Origin: Chrysomallon squamiferum
Taxonomy: Eukaryota > Animalia > Mollusca
NCBI GenBank assembly: GCA_012295275.1
Contig: CM022668.1
Location: 3,968,001 to 4,032,000 of the forward strand
Direction of reading: 5' to 3'
Length of the DNA stretch: 64,000 bases
Shown: piece after piece, positions 38,501 to 51,830 of the stretch
Position numbering within the stretch: the stretch's first letter is position 1
How the letters are laid out: each line of letters opens with the position of its first letter
Notes under the pieces: generated by a model
Database searches by the model: none
Seen by the model: the letters and a program-made list of their open reading frames with translations, nothing else
Told to the model about the DNA's origin: nothing
Program-made: the position numbers and the translations under genes

Positions 38501-40258
38501 ATAATAAATTAAAAATTAAAACTGTATATTATTGAGTTCAATATGATGAATGCTGTATCTGCAGATTTTAGTATTACTCTGCACATAAGTATACTTGCAT
38601 ACGAAGTCGCACATGCAACAGTCAAAGACATTTAGATATGCACTCCCCCACTAATTTGTGACTTACACATTAATTATTCAGGCCAAGAAACAATTTAATA
38701 TGTTAAAACACTTTTAAAAAATAGTTTCTAAAAAAGAAAACAAAAAAACAGGACTTCAAAATTCTGAATCACATACATTCATACAACTCCTGCATAGGGA
38801 CATTTTCAATAAAGTTAGATTATCATTAATTTACTCTGAAATATTTGCCTTGTTCTTTATCTTGAGCCCCAGGTTATCAAAGTGGAAATTCTTTAATTTT
38901 AGAGACAATCTTTTATATTTTACCTCATGCCCCCTTCCTCTGAATATCACATTACTGAAGATGTCGGGTAAAATAGGAATTCCTCTTTCTCCAGTCAGTC
39001 TGCAAAATAACATGACAGCTAGAAATTAAATAATTTGTTTCACTGAGTTACAGAGGTAGAATGGGAATTAAAAAATTATAAAAATTCTGAAACAGAACCT
39101 GGAAAAGATGAAAATATAAACTACCTTTAAAAACTTTTATTTTAGCAAATATTTTATGAAATATTATACTTTAATATGTATTCCTATATTTCATACAAAT
39201 AAGTGTTTGTTTTATTTTCTGGTGTGTGTTTTTGTTTTTTGTTTAAAATAATTTGAGTATGCTGAAATTTTTTCCCCAAAACATGTATTTATCTATAAAT
39301 AACATAGTAATTTTTTTCTTATATATTATTGATTTTAATTGTTGTTTAAATTACAGACTATGCTATAAAAAAAGAAAAAGTCAAAAAAGAAATCTGTAAT
39401 TTTCTTTTTATTTGCTGTATGTAAATATCTATGAATAACCCTATCTGAAAATAAAAACAGACAGATGAAAGCCAGAGCACAATAATTAAGAATTTTAATT
39501 AACTGTAAATGTCTACTGAATAGCCTGACTGCAGTTGCTACTTACTAAAGTATATTAAAAATAACTGACCGAGTACTGTCAAGTTTTGGGATTGGTCTTC
39601 TCACTACTTTTCTACCAGCACCCTTTGATAAATCTTTCAGTCGTGCCAGAACCTCAGCATTTTCTATAAACGAAGGATAATTTCTTTTATTATTTTAAAG
39701 TTTTCACTCCTGAGATAACTGTCAGTTTATTAATTTATTAAAATCTTGTCACAAAATAGAAGCATTGTACATATGTTTATAAATTCTAAAATTTCTAGTA
39801 ACATATCTGAGGCTTGATATTAGATAATGGTAAAACAAAAAACTCTTTGACAGAACAGCTCTTACCATAGGTTTTGGTATTCCAGTCACTGATTGGTACA
39901 GAAAATCAGCTAGCTTGTGGTTTTATTGTAAATAAACTGTGCTGAAGTGACTGTTTATGTTTTACATCTCTGATATTAGTTTGAATTTGTATATATAAAT
40001 GTGTAAAAGTGTTGTTTGGAAATCTACCTGTATCTTGTGATGGTGTGACTTCATCATGACTGATGTTTGAATTTGTATATATAAATGTGTAAAAGTGTTG
40101 TTTGGAAATCTACCTGTATCTTGTGATGGTGTGACTTCATCATGACTGATGTCTAGAGGTTCTAATTCAACTGGGAGATCTGGAAGAGGTGCAGGAAAAT
40201 CACCATCTTCTTCATCATCTGCAAAAATATCATCCATCTCAAGAGGCACAGACTCCAT
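35577..40258 (-). CDS. TIPIN: TIMELESS-interacting protein (Swi3/Csm3 family) with a repeat-expanded C-terminus, 8 coding exons
   Basis: Exons 40258-40114, 39663-39570, 38999-38924, 38064-37942, 37771-37679, 37455-37261, 36995-36908, 36823-35577. Swi3 domain [16 protein letters not shown]...FRGRGHE AEDL...[24 protein letters not shown] and RPA32-binding helix [20 protein letters not shown]. The last exon loses frame within the repeat at about 36190-36525. Confidence 0.9.
35806..36800 (-). repeat. 33-bp coding minisatellite, about 30 units, encoding SP(Q/P)PTTLETE(V/M)
   Basis: Plus-strand unit GGTTGTGGAGACACCTCAGTTTCTAGTGTTGTT. It is in frame with TIPIN at both ends (ORFs 36525-36818 and 35577-36167). 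Confidence 0.95.
39979..40150. repeat. Exact 86-bp tandem duplication spanning the donor of the first TIPIN coding exon
   Basis: 39979-40064 matches 40065-40150. Each copy contains the minus-strand donor ACAG|gtagat (exon ends at 40114 and 40028). Confidence 0.92.
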
Positions 40259-42889
40259 GTTGCACTGAAAAACATTTATAAACACTGATGAATTTCTACA
40301 AGTAAAAACAGGCTATAAAATAATGATAGAAAAATAATTAATTCTATGGCAGTAGTACTATTACAATTCCAAACCTAACTTCAAGAAATTAAACTAAGTC
40401 CTTTATCAAAAAAAAAAAAAAAAAAAAAAAAAAAACTATAAGAGGAAATCTGCAGCTCAACAAAGGCAGTAAAAAACTCATTAAGTGCACAAGATGTGTA
40501 AAAAAAGAAAACCCCAAAAGCTAAACAAAACCCAGCTGTAACATAATCAAGTCAGTTAAATACACACACTCTTACACAAAAGTACTTATGTACACACACA
40601 AATATTAATATTATTGATTTTAGTCTTTTTCTTAAATCTGTGTCTAAGCTTGAACACACATTCACAAAAAGACAGAACGTGTTACTTTGTAATTAATGTG
40701 CACCACACAAAGGGTTGAAGCAAGTCAGTATTTATCATATTAAATTACAAATGTCTGCCAGCAGTTATTTCACACTCATATGAAGAATAAGAGTTGCAAA
40801 GTAGTAATCTTAAATGTTACAGGTAAAAAAAACAGGACAAAAAAGATTCCATCAATTTATTGTTATAAATTTATTATCTGCGTTGTTGAATTTATTACAT
40901 AACTGTATTACCTGAGATAAACACAAATGTCAATAGACACTCCACAGTTCAGTGTAAAACACAGAAGTCACAGATGTTTTGCAAGTAAACAAAAAGCTTT
41001 TTACAGAAATTCAAGTTTCCTCAGGACACAAAAGGAATAAGTTACTTATTTGTCAGTAAAAGGTTTTAATTATATGAACACCATAGCTATTTTTAGCAAA
41101 TACATAAATGTCAGATGGTTTCGGATGTGATTAAACAAAGCCTTCATTAGCAAATTGTTATTAAAGGTTTTGTTAATCAAATTCGAAATAAGATCAAAGA
41201 CGCAAAAAAGAAATATAATTAAAATTAAAACATAAAACAAAATGACAAGGAAAAGTCATTGGCTTTGATGTACCCAACAACAGTATCATATAATTTGTAC
41301 TGAGAATAAACAAGACTAAAATAATATTTTTTAATTTTTTGACATTACTAATTTTTTTTTAAATATTCACTTTGTTGTGTTTATTTATTATCAGTGTGAA
41401 GCCTGTTATTCTGAACTAGTCAGTGTTTAATTATAACAGCTGATATGATCAGTCATGCCTAAGACATATTTGTTTTGATTACATCGAAATAATCAAAAAT
41501 ATTTCAAGTAATGACTGTAAACTCAGTATGCAAAAGGAAAGAAATCTTGAAGCTGCATGTTGCAGTTATGAGAAAACATCTAAGAATTGTTACAGCATAA
41601 AGATTTTCATTTTTTTTAATTCAAAATATTACATCACATTTTAGAAAAGGAATATATGCCCTAGGTTGTCACATGGTATGACTCAAAACAAATATTTGTT
41701 ATAACATGTTATTTAGGTGCTTTTCATTTTGTTTCAACATAAATTGTATAATTTTGCAAAATATGTGAAACTTGGAACACAATATAATGAATATTTAATA
41801 AAGAAAAGTTATTATTATATTTTACACTTTAAATGGTCAAAATGATCAAACCCATGTAAGTAATCTGCAAATATATTAAAGAATGACTTTTCTGATTCAG
41901 TCATCTAAGTAATGAAAACATCCTGAAAATAATTTTATAATATATATTTATATTTTAATCATTATTGGGTTCAACAGAAGTTTGTAGCAATTAGACCAAT
42001 CCAATACCCAGAAAGATGCCAAGTTCTTGAAGGATAAAAACATAAAGCTATCTCAAAGATGGTGAAAGGTAATGATAAATGACAGATATATGATTGAATG
42101 TACAAAGTAACAAATATCTAAATACTGTTTTTAAATTTCACTTAAATAACGCTATTAACTTACGGTGCAACCCAATATTTGTTTTTAATTCTAAATTTCA
42201 CTTTGCATTTACACTCACTTTAATCAACATTATTACATTGCAATAAATTTTATTCTATTTTTCCTGAACAGCAAATCTTTTGATACTCCATGACCAAAAA
42301 TATTTTGTTGTTTCAGAATAACAGAATAATTATCTTCAGACATCCTCAAAGTCTAATGAATATTTTAAAGAGAGAAACGGTCATTTCTAATTTAATATTT
42401 TTTTACAGGCAGGGATACATTAAATTTGTTTATATTTATAGATAATAACAGCTTTTTAAATTAATTAATTATTTTATTATTATTATAATTTTCAATCTAA
42501 CATTATTAGTATTACTATTACTACTGCTACTAGTATTACTATTAGGGTTAAATGTACAGTTAGCTTTATTTAGTCGTGTATTTAACAATTATTCATTGTA
42601 TTTGATCATTTCGTTTTAAACTTATATCAGTCTCATAAATAATATTTATATTATCATCTTATACTACTTGTCTGGTATACTCGTCTGACTGTTAATATTT
42701 TGTAATGACCTGTAAATATGAAATGCCCGTTCACAGGATAGAGAATGTTAATTATTATGAGAATTAGATGAATGGCGGCGCGTAATTGGTCGATGCTCAT
42801 GCCTTTTAATAGTGAAATAAAAACAAAATGAAGTCACGCAAAGTGAACAATTAAAATGAGGTTCGACGTAGAAGAAATAATTGTAGTAC

Positions 42890-42962
42890 CTGATGAAAGA
42901 ACTAGATAACTGACTAAAATCCAGAAACTTTCCTCGTTTTGTTTCACAATTCGCGGCAAAAT
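42890..42962 (-). promoter_or_regulatory. TIPIN: Putative TIPIN promoter / non-coding first exon with an E2F site
   Basis: Minus-strand TTTGCCGC (TTTSSCGC consensus) at 42960-42953, donor cag|gtacta at 42890, and a CpG-containing patch. The acceptor at 40265, 6 nt before the ATG, requires an upstream exon. Confidence 0.5.
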
Positions 42963-43770
42963 TATATAAATTAGAGTAATCTGCCCTTATCTATGTTGCG
43001 CGTGTTTCGACAGAAACAAAAACTTCATTTTAACATTGCAGAGCCGACTTTAGACGTTGACTCAGCAAGCCAAATATCAAGATATCGGACTCCACCCAAC
43101 CTCGATTATTACATTTTTGTTATAATTTATATTTAACTAATTAAATTCACATTGTTACGTTAACATAATTTCATTAATAACAATTAGACTCGTTATTTGA
43201 CAAACTCAGTGACTAAATGAATTCATTTGCAGTTTTATTTAGTTATTACTAAATGTCTTGTAAATTAATGGGGTTTTTTTTGGTTTGTTTTATGGATGAA
43301 CCATATCCGCAGAATTAATAACGCATTTTTAGTAAATTTATTAAACTGTGTTTTTAAATGAGGACCTGGTTGTATCTCGTAATACATGGGTTTAAGCACT
43401 GACTACAGATAATGACAGGAAACAAGCGGATTTGTGAACGGTAATCGATTTCAATCCGCAGCAAGGAATCTTTCATCATCCGCCCTCCCATTTAGAGATT
43501 CTGTTGCTTTTGATAACTCAGACGGGAAACAGCTGAAAGAATGTGATATGGAGGAATAATTCTTCTACTTCAACCCTTTACTACTACAGGTTGTCCACGA
43601 AGAAGAAATATTTTAAATTTACAATCAGTAATATATGATTGAATAATAAAACAATTTTAATTACTTGACCTCTGTTAGCTCTTAATTTAATGAAATAGTA
43701 AACGGAAAAAAAATGTATATCCTGTGGACGAAGGAGGATCCAAACATCTTTATATCATCAAGAAAAAGAC

Positions 43771-43825
<55 letters not shown>

Positions 43826-44080
43826 TGGGCATAAAGGAATATTTCTGTCAATGTGTTTCAAATAATAATATAAAATTAACGTGATGCTATACTATCAGTA
43901 AAATAGGTTAATGTTTTTACTGTCCTAGATCCACTCTTCTTCGTCCAGTGTTTTACCTGTTCTAAATTGAAGTATACACGAAGGTGTTTTGATAATGACG
44001 GCGAGGTGTTTGTTGCAACATGAAGTAAAAACATTCAGCAATTCCTCGATTATTTTAAATTTTAGAATTTTATGCAACCA

Positions 44081-44157
44081 AATTTTAAAGGGGGGGTCAG
44101 CGGTCATATTGAGTTGCTCATAAGGGGTCGCGGTTTGAAAAAGGTTGAAAACGAGTG
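44081..44157 (-). mobile_element. hAT/Charlie-like transposon terminal fragment, copy 2
   Basis: Reverse complement of 3008-3085 with only a few substitutions. Confidence 0.6.
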
Positions 44158-45231
44158 TCTAGAATTTCTCATCTTCACCAAAGCAACATGGCAACTAAAA
44201 GAAAGTAATACATATCACTACCAAAACATATAAAATATTAAGATCAGATATATAAGTTTATGTATACAAATTATCATCAAAATCTATTGATATGAATTAT
44301 TTGGTAATTTCTGGTAAAATGTCTGACTTTGCTATATGGATTGTTATCTAACCATTATCACCTCATGTTAGGTCATTGATAAAAAATACTGTCATTTGAT
44401 AGGACGTCTTTATTTATTTATTTATTTATTTATTTATTTGCTTGTTTGGTTGTTAATTAATTAATTTATTTATGTATTTATTTGTTTGTTTGTTTGTTTG
44501 TTTGCTTGCTTGCTTGTTTTCTTGTTTGTTTATTTATTTATATCTAAAATAGCATTTTAAAGGCAGTTTAAAATTGGGACTACATTTCCCATTTGGCACA
44601 AGTCTCTTCTACGAGTCAAATTTGATGTAACCACAGTTTGTACGGGCCGTGACTGTCGTTGGCATGCGATGTCGTTGTGTTAGCAACAGGTCCGACCTTG
44701 CTGGCTCAACCAGCCGCGACACGCACTGTGCGTACTACATATAAATCATTTGCTGATGTAATTAACACCATCAGCTAATGCTTACAGTTTCTGGCTCTGA
44801 AATTTTTGTCGTCATTCTCGACTGTGCTTAATTGTTAGAAGACTATTAGTACCGAACTGATGAACAGATCCAATATAAAACAGCTTTAACTTTCAACCAA
44901 ATTTACCTAATAACATGCACTTTCGATTGTGTTGTTCTGTATAAAATTCTGCACGTGTTGATCTCTTGTTATTTATAATTCATTTCGTAAAATAGGATGA
45001 AACAGACAGAATTTCTCAGCTTTTCCGTGATATAGCTCCACAAATTTTGTATCCATTTTAAATTATCTTCTGGCCAATTTACTTTGTAAATTATTGCAGT
45101 TTTTCAAGCTCGCTTGTATTATGCACCCATTCAGATAAATTAATATTTTTTTTTCTTCAAAGTTTTTAATATAATTTATTATTATTTATCATTGGTTTTA
45201 AAATATTATTATTATTATTATTATTATTATA

Positions 45232-45262
<31 letters not shown>

Positions 45263-45990
45263 CTGAGTTGGTGTTGTAAACATTATATGGGAAAATACGA
45301 AGATTGCAAATTGATCCTTTGCATGATAGTAACATTTTTCAAAGAAAATAAACTTTAAATTTAAGCATGATACAGTTAAATAGCTGTAATATAAATAAAG
45401 ATTAATATATGTATTGTAATGAAAGTTAATATATATTTTTACTTTATTATATTGTATATGTGGAAAAAGAGCCGTTTGAGTATAGCGTACATGAAAATGT
45501 CACGAGTATTTATCTTTTGTCAATAAATCTTTTCATATTTAAGCAGCAAATGTAATTAGAATTGTATTAATATTATAATATGAACATTTCGAAAATGTTT
45601 AATCAAATTTATTGGTCGTATTTTTAAAATATTACATATAGTAAAATACTATACGAGAAAGATTAACATATAAGTGATGTACTTAGTCGTAATATGAATA
45701 AAACTTGTTATTAGTCTATCAGCTTAGGGAGTATTCAAGCAAATCCTTATAATGTTGGTTATTATAACACTAACAGCTAAAATAAAACTTGACTGATATG
45801 TGCTGTAACACTACAATACAAACGTGCATAGGCACTGAACGAACCAAACATCTCGTGGGTAGTATAAAACAATGATTATTTTTATTACGACAGACTTCAA
45901 ATGACATCGTAATGAAAAGTAAACACTGTGCTTCGCGCGAACTTTTAACTTATATACAAATAGATAACGCCATCTAAACGTTTGATATTA

Positions 45991-45998
45991 TGACGTCA
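45991..45998. promoter_or_regulatory. Full CRE palindrome TGACGTCA upstream of GPCR1
   Basis: About 235 bp 5' of the ATG at 46233. Confidence 0.5.
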
Positions 45999-46232
45999 TT
46001 CGCTTTCCGTAAATAAATTAAAAAATAATAATAATAAAAAATTAAAAAAAAATAAAAAGAAGAAAAGAACTGAAAAGAAAAGAAAGAAAAATAAAGAGAA
46101 AATGAAGAAAAACGTACGAAGAAGCCAGAAGTTTAAAATATAATTTTGGACTTTATTGTAATGAAGGCCTAATGTGTACACACCACTGACTGTAATGACA
46201 TTTGTTTTGACTCGTGTGATGTTGTTGTAATC

Positions 46233-47300
46233 ATGAACTTAACATATATTCCCTTAACTCATCACGTGCATTATGTGGATTACCCAGAATACAAATCAGC
46301 CTTAATTCTCTGGAAAATTTTCCCTCCAGTACTTCTTATTTTTGGAATTACAGGCAACGTCATGTCGATCGTCGTGTTAACGCGAGAAACTATGCGGAAT
46401 AATACGACATCTTTTTACCTGGCTGTCCTTGCGGTCGTAGACATCTTCATCTTATTAACTGGACTGCAGCGTCTGTGGTTTGTTCACGCGGGCATGGACA
46501 CCGACGTGCGGATCGTCAACTCGACCATATGCAAGGTTCACAGCTGGATGTCCTTTAACAGTTTAGAGTTTGCTTCTTGGATTTTAGTAACGGTAACAGC
46601 GGAAAGAGTGGTTGCCGTTTGGTTTCCTTTTGCTGTAAGAAGCAGATGTAGTCTCCGCGTTGCTAGGATTATCATATGTGTCTTAGCAGCTACCATTTTT
46701 ATCATAAATTCGCATATGTTATTTGGTTTGACCATTACAATTGGCAGAATTCACAATTCAGAGTTAAAACCAATGTGTGCCGCCGGTTCTCCTCATTATC
46801 GCCACTTCATGGCATATGTATACCCCTGGATTTATTTTTTTCTCTTTTGTTTCATGCCCTTTCTTCTCTTATTTACTGGAAGTATTGCCATTATTATTAA
46901 AGTTTACTCGTCAGCAGAAAGAAGAAACAGTTTGGTTAGTTTCGAATCGGCAGAAGTTAACGCTGCCCGGATTTATTCAATGACGTTTATGTTGATTGTC
47001 ACCAATTTTGTGTTTCTCGTTTGTACATTGCCAATAAGCGTGTTCATGATCGGCCATGACACGTGGTTTGATTTTAATGACGATCATTCCTACGCATTAC
47101 ACAGTCTTATCGAAGCTTTCGTCTATTTGTTTATGTTTTCCAACAACGCCCTACATCTAGTGACGTATTTTCTGTCGGGAACTTTGTTTCGGGAAACACT
47201 GATTAGTGTACTCATCGCCATCAAAATATCTGTATGGAATTATATTAGACATGTAACAAACTCTTATCATAAACGATTGGAGAATTCGGAGGAAACGTGA
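46233..47300 (+). CDS. Class A 7TM GPCR (GPCR1), FMRFamide/sex-peptide-receptor-like, candidate chemoreceptor, 355 aa, single coding exon
   Basis: Seven hydrophobic segments. TM1 GITGN, TM2 YLAVLAVVD, TM3 CK...VTAERVVAV, TM5 FMPF, TM6 FLVCTLP, TM7 NNALHLVTY followed by LSGTLFR. Confidence 0.92.
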   Translation: MNLTYIPLTHHVHYVDYPEYKSALILWKIFPPVLLIFGITGNVMSIVVLTRETMRNNTTSFYLAVLAVVDIFILLTGLQRLWFVHAGMDTDVRIVNSTICKVHSWMSFNSLEFASWILVTVTAERVVAVWFPFAVRSRCSLRVARIIICVLAATIFIINSHMLFGLTITIGRIHNSELKPMCAAGSPHYRHFMAYVYPWIYFFLFCFMPFLLLFTGSIAIIIKVYSSAERRNSLVSFESAEVNAARIYSMTFMLIVTNFVFLVCTLPISVFMIGHDTWFDFNDDHSYALHSLIEAFVYLFMFSNNALHLVTYFLSGTLFRETLISVLIAIKISVWNYIRHVTNSYHKRLENSEET

Positions 47301-47322
47301 AAATGCTACAGTGACAGATATA

Positions 47323-47428
<106 letters not shown>

Positions 47429-48301
47429 GTATATATATACACACACACACACATGTATATAGATATACATACTCCTACATACATAGTCTATAAAATATGT
47501 TTTTGTGGTAACTATGGAAACTTTTGTTACTTTTATTTATTTATTTATTTATTAATTTATTTATTTATCTTTTAAATTTTCGATATAACGCCCGGAAAGT
47601 GTATGAAAACAAACAAACAAAAAAAATTTGATATATATCAGTACAGATAATTTTAAAATATTTGTTCTTCTTTTTATACTATTAAATGTTGGCTAGATTT
47701 CTGTTTTTATTTTTAAATAATTATTTATTTTTGATATTGTTAAACTATGATACTAGTTTATTTCTTTCTTCTAATCAAATATGCTTTTATTATGGATAAC
47801 ATCAACAGTAAAGAAAACTCCTGAAGAGTATCTGCGAGAGAACAAGAATTAATTACTTCTGTTTGCAGCTGCACTCTAATAATAGTGAAACAACGAGTTT
47901 TTCCAGATGTTACTTATACCACCCAGTGTTTGACTGTATGAGTATTTAATCTTACAATTCATTGTATTATAATATACTGCAGATTAAAGAATTTCTAAAA
48001 TCTCGTTTCTTTTGTTATTGTTGGTACTGGGTGGATGCGTGCGGTCCTCTGGGTCGTTCCGTGGCAAATCACTTAAAAAAGAAAAAACGAAACCTCACTC
48101 CCTCCCGTTTCCTTGACAACTGATATTTAGTTAACTGAAGCAGCTCGAAGTTTCATTTTTAGAGAGATCAGAAAAGAGGTTTCCGAGGTGATATAAAGAA
48201 GTCTATAACTATAAACCGACAAATATCAAAAGGTCAAAATAAAAAAATAAATGAAAGGTCATATCTTTATAACTTCAGTTACCTGTTGTTTTCACCTTTG
48301 T

Positions 48302-48336
<35 letters not shown>

Positions 48337-49328
48337 TTTGTATATTGTTTTTGTTTTTTTCATTTATTCTTAATTTTTCACTACGTTCCTGGTTTCGACC
48401 AGGAAGTAACTGAAGTGCAGAATTCTCAATATTCCGATAATTTCTTTTGGTGCAAGTGTCTTTTCGCTAAACTGTTTCCTGCGATTGGAAATTTCAGTTG
48501 TGTTTGATGTGAATGTTTCCAGCTGCGTTTACTGTGACAACATTCTCTGCTTTGTCAGCAAGAAATACATCAATCAGTGCTTGTTTTTCATCTCTCTGTC
48601 ATTTGTCTCAGATCTGTATTCACGTTGGTCACAGATTACTAAAAACATTATTAATCATAAGTCTGTCGCTCATTCACTTGATCTTATATTAATTAAACAT
48701 GTGTCGTTCAGTCGTTCAGTTACATGTAAGTCAGTGATTTAGTCATTTATCGGTCATTTAAAATTATATCTCAAACAGCCATTTAGTCATTCTGAAACTG
48801 GTATCTCAGAGGAAATACATCATACGGTCTTTCAGTTAGTTATGTATAGTTCAGTATACACAGAACAGTCATTCTGACACCGAATTCTCCAGCAAATTGT
48901 CCATTATTTAACAGCATATCCGTCACTCTGCATGTCTGTTATCTTTGCACAGTGTGATGGTAATGTGAAAGTGAACTCGTTTGTCTAAAGTAATTGTGAA
49001 ACATTAGTACATTTATTATAGTGTTTCCAGGGCAAGAACCTTTGATTATGATTTTAATCCATCTGTCTTTGGGGCATATTAACAGGCGGACGACGAATGG
49101 TGTGACGACAATGTGATTAAAATAAATTATTAATTCATACCTGCAGTTTTTACAAATAATGAAAGGACTGATTTAGCAGACATCCTAGACAGATGTAATC
49201 AGTGGTGGAAATATGCGATGTTACCTTATTTTTCAGTTTCCAGTCTAATTTAAGTACTTGTACAGAGACACGCTTGTTTATGAACTAACTTTTTAACTTT
49301 AAACCCTAAGGTGCTGAAAGCCACTTGT

Positions 49329-49441
<113 letters not shown>

Positions 49442-49589
49442 TGTGTGTGCAATAAATACAGAAACTAGTACATAATAAATAAATAAATTAGTTAATTAAA
49501 TAAAATAAAAAATGAAATAAGTAGACAAGTAGATAAATAGACAAATTGTAATGAATTGTCTAATATAATAATAATAATAATAATAATAG

Positions 49590-50166
49590 ACTATTCATTA
49601 CAAATTGTTGCTGTTGTTGTTGGTTACAAATGACAACGAGTCCAGACTACAGAAAACATATTGTGACCAGGACATCACAGTCATATCGCCAGTCCTGAAG
49701 GATCTCCACTGGTTGTCTGTCCACTGTAGGATCCAATACAAACTTATGGTCCATGCATACAGCGCGTTGAACAACAGTTTCCTAGAGTCCAGCAAGGACA
49801 TGCTGGAACTGTAGAAACCAAGTAGGACCTTACGATAACAGAATTCGTTCAGATTAGTAAAACCAACAATACAAACAACTACATATGACAGAGATGTTTT
49901 GCTTATGCTGCACCGACTTTCTGCCAAATAACACCAGGGATGCATAAACAGCAATTCCATTCAAAATAATACTAAGGACCCATTTTTTCATATCCACATC
50001 GTTGATATAAAGTTATGTTTCATTTTTGCAATTTAAAATGTTCAAGCTAATTTATTTTTTTACCATCATTTTAACATATTCACCATTATGTCTACATTTA
50101 TTTTAATAAGTTTATGTCCATGTCGTTTTATATTTTAGTTTATTAGTTTACCGTGTAATACGTCCT

Positions 50167-50206
<40 letters not shown>

Positions 50207-50220
50207 GGTTCTATATAAAT
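49590..50220 (+). mobile_element. Decayed 3' fragment of an L2/CR1-group LINE
   Basis: Translation ISPVLKDLHWLSVHCRIQYKL matches the HITPVL..LHWLP...RI.YK motif at the end of L2-group ORF2. The downstream TGTAATACG...CTATATAAAT resembles an L2 3' tail. Confidence 0.7.
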
Positions 50221-50304
50221 ATGGTTTATGAAGAAGAAGAAAAAAAGTGAATAATATCCGTTTCTATTTTACACAAAACAGTTTAGACGCCTTTCCAGAT
50301 TTCA

Positions 50305-50433
<129 letters not shown>

Positions 50434-51059
50434 CAGTATATCAGTATTGTTGTTATTTTTATTCATTATTATTTCACTTGCAGCAACCTCACTGTGGTGC
50501 AGAATGGCCAGTAGCTGCACAACTCCTCGAATGAGGCGCGTTGTTTGTCGGTGAAGTGGACGATGGGATACTGTTGGCTGAGTTGTGGTTAATGTGTGCA
50601 ACCGAGCAGATTGTCATTGGCAACATACCACTTTGACCCGGAGTTCATGGCTGGTCACGCCAAGCTCAAGACCTAACAACCATTGTTTTGTTTAATTTTG
50701 TCAGGAGCAAAAATGGTAACTACTAGTCTGTCTTTGGGACAGTGGCTAGGGTCAGTCAGGTGATTTATATTTTTATTGCCTGAGTATTTCGACCATGTAT
50801 CCCTGGCTGAACGTCTGGTGTATCCCCAGCAGCTGGGGGGGGGGGTATGGTTGATGAACTTTAATTATTCAATTATAAGTGAACTTTAAAAACAAATTAA
50901 CTCAACTTCCGATGGGACCCTGAAGAGACGACAAATATTAAGTAACTGAGGAATGTTCTCCTAATGCTCAACAGACAATCATTCCAAAAATATACTCAAG
51001 TCAAGAATTTTATGTGGAATATCTATAAGAGTCAGTCCGCATACAAAACTTAATACATC

Positions 51060-51640
51060 GAAAGGAGTGTTTCGGTATAGAGATCTGGAAAGCGTTATGA
51101 AAGAAGAGATTTGCTAATTAAAGTAGAAAGAAGTCTGTCATTCCCTGAGGCTAGAAAAGTGGTAGATGTCACTGTGACATTGCTAACGTATTGGAAGATA
51201 ACTTTTCTCATAATTCTTCTTCTTCTTTCAGGACAGATGATTTCGCATCTGTACGCAGTAAAGCTGAAAAGAAGACTATTAATTTTTCATCTGATAATGC
51301 TGAAGTATACAATATACCTGTCTCCATAGAAGAACTACAGGATGCTCTGTGTAGAGCTCACAAGACTTCAGCAGGCCCAGATGCAATACGCTATCAGTTA
51401 CTTAAACCTCTACCCAGCTCTTCTCTCTTACTTCTTCTCAGCATTTTCAATAAAATCTGGATTTGGTAACTTTCCTGCTGACTGGAGGAAAGCAATTGCC
51501 ATTCCTATTCCAAAGCCTGGTAAAAATCTACCAAAACCTACTAATTATCACCCTTTTGCCTTGACAAGTTGCATCTGCAAAACCATGGAACGAATGATCA
51601 GTTGTTGACAGGTCTGGTTTTTAAATTTCACAAACTGCTA
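51060..51640 (+). mobile_element. Decayed, internally deleted non-LTR retrotransposon (I/Nimb-like): ORF1 end joined to an RT-proximal ORF2 fragment
   Basis: IKVERSLSFPEARK (ORF1 C-terminal motif), then EELQDAL...SAGPDAIRYQLLK, and after a frameshift FPADWRKAIAIPIPKPGK...NYHPFALTSCICKTMERMI (RT N-terminal motifs). Confidence 0.85.
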
Positions 51641-51761
51641 TTTTACCATATATTATAATTCAAATAAACTGTGAAACTTTTTGCACAGTTCTTTACACTA
51701 TGTTTTGACTAATTATCAATTTTTATATGGAAATAATTCACCATTTAGTTACATTTATCTT

Positions 51762-51830
51762 TGTTTGACACCCAGTAGCCGACATGTTTTTCGTGCTGGG
51801 TGTCGTTAAACGTTCATCCATTCATTTCGT
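51762..51830 (+). mobile_element. Probable SINE 3' end
   Basis: TGTTTGACACCCAGTAGCCGA...GTGCTGGGTGTCGTTAAAC followed by a (CATT)n-like tail, resembling gastropod SINE tails as I recall them (not verified by search). Confidence 0.45.
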
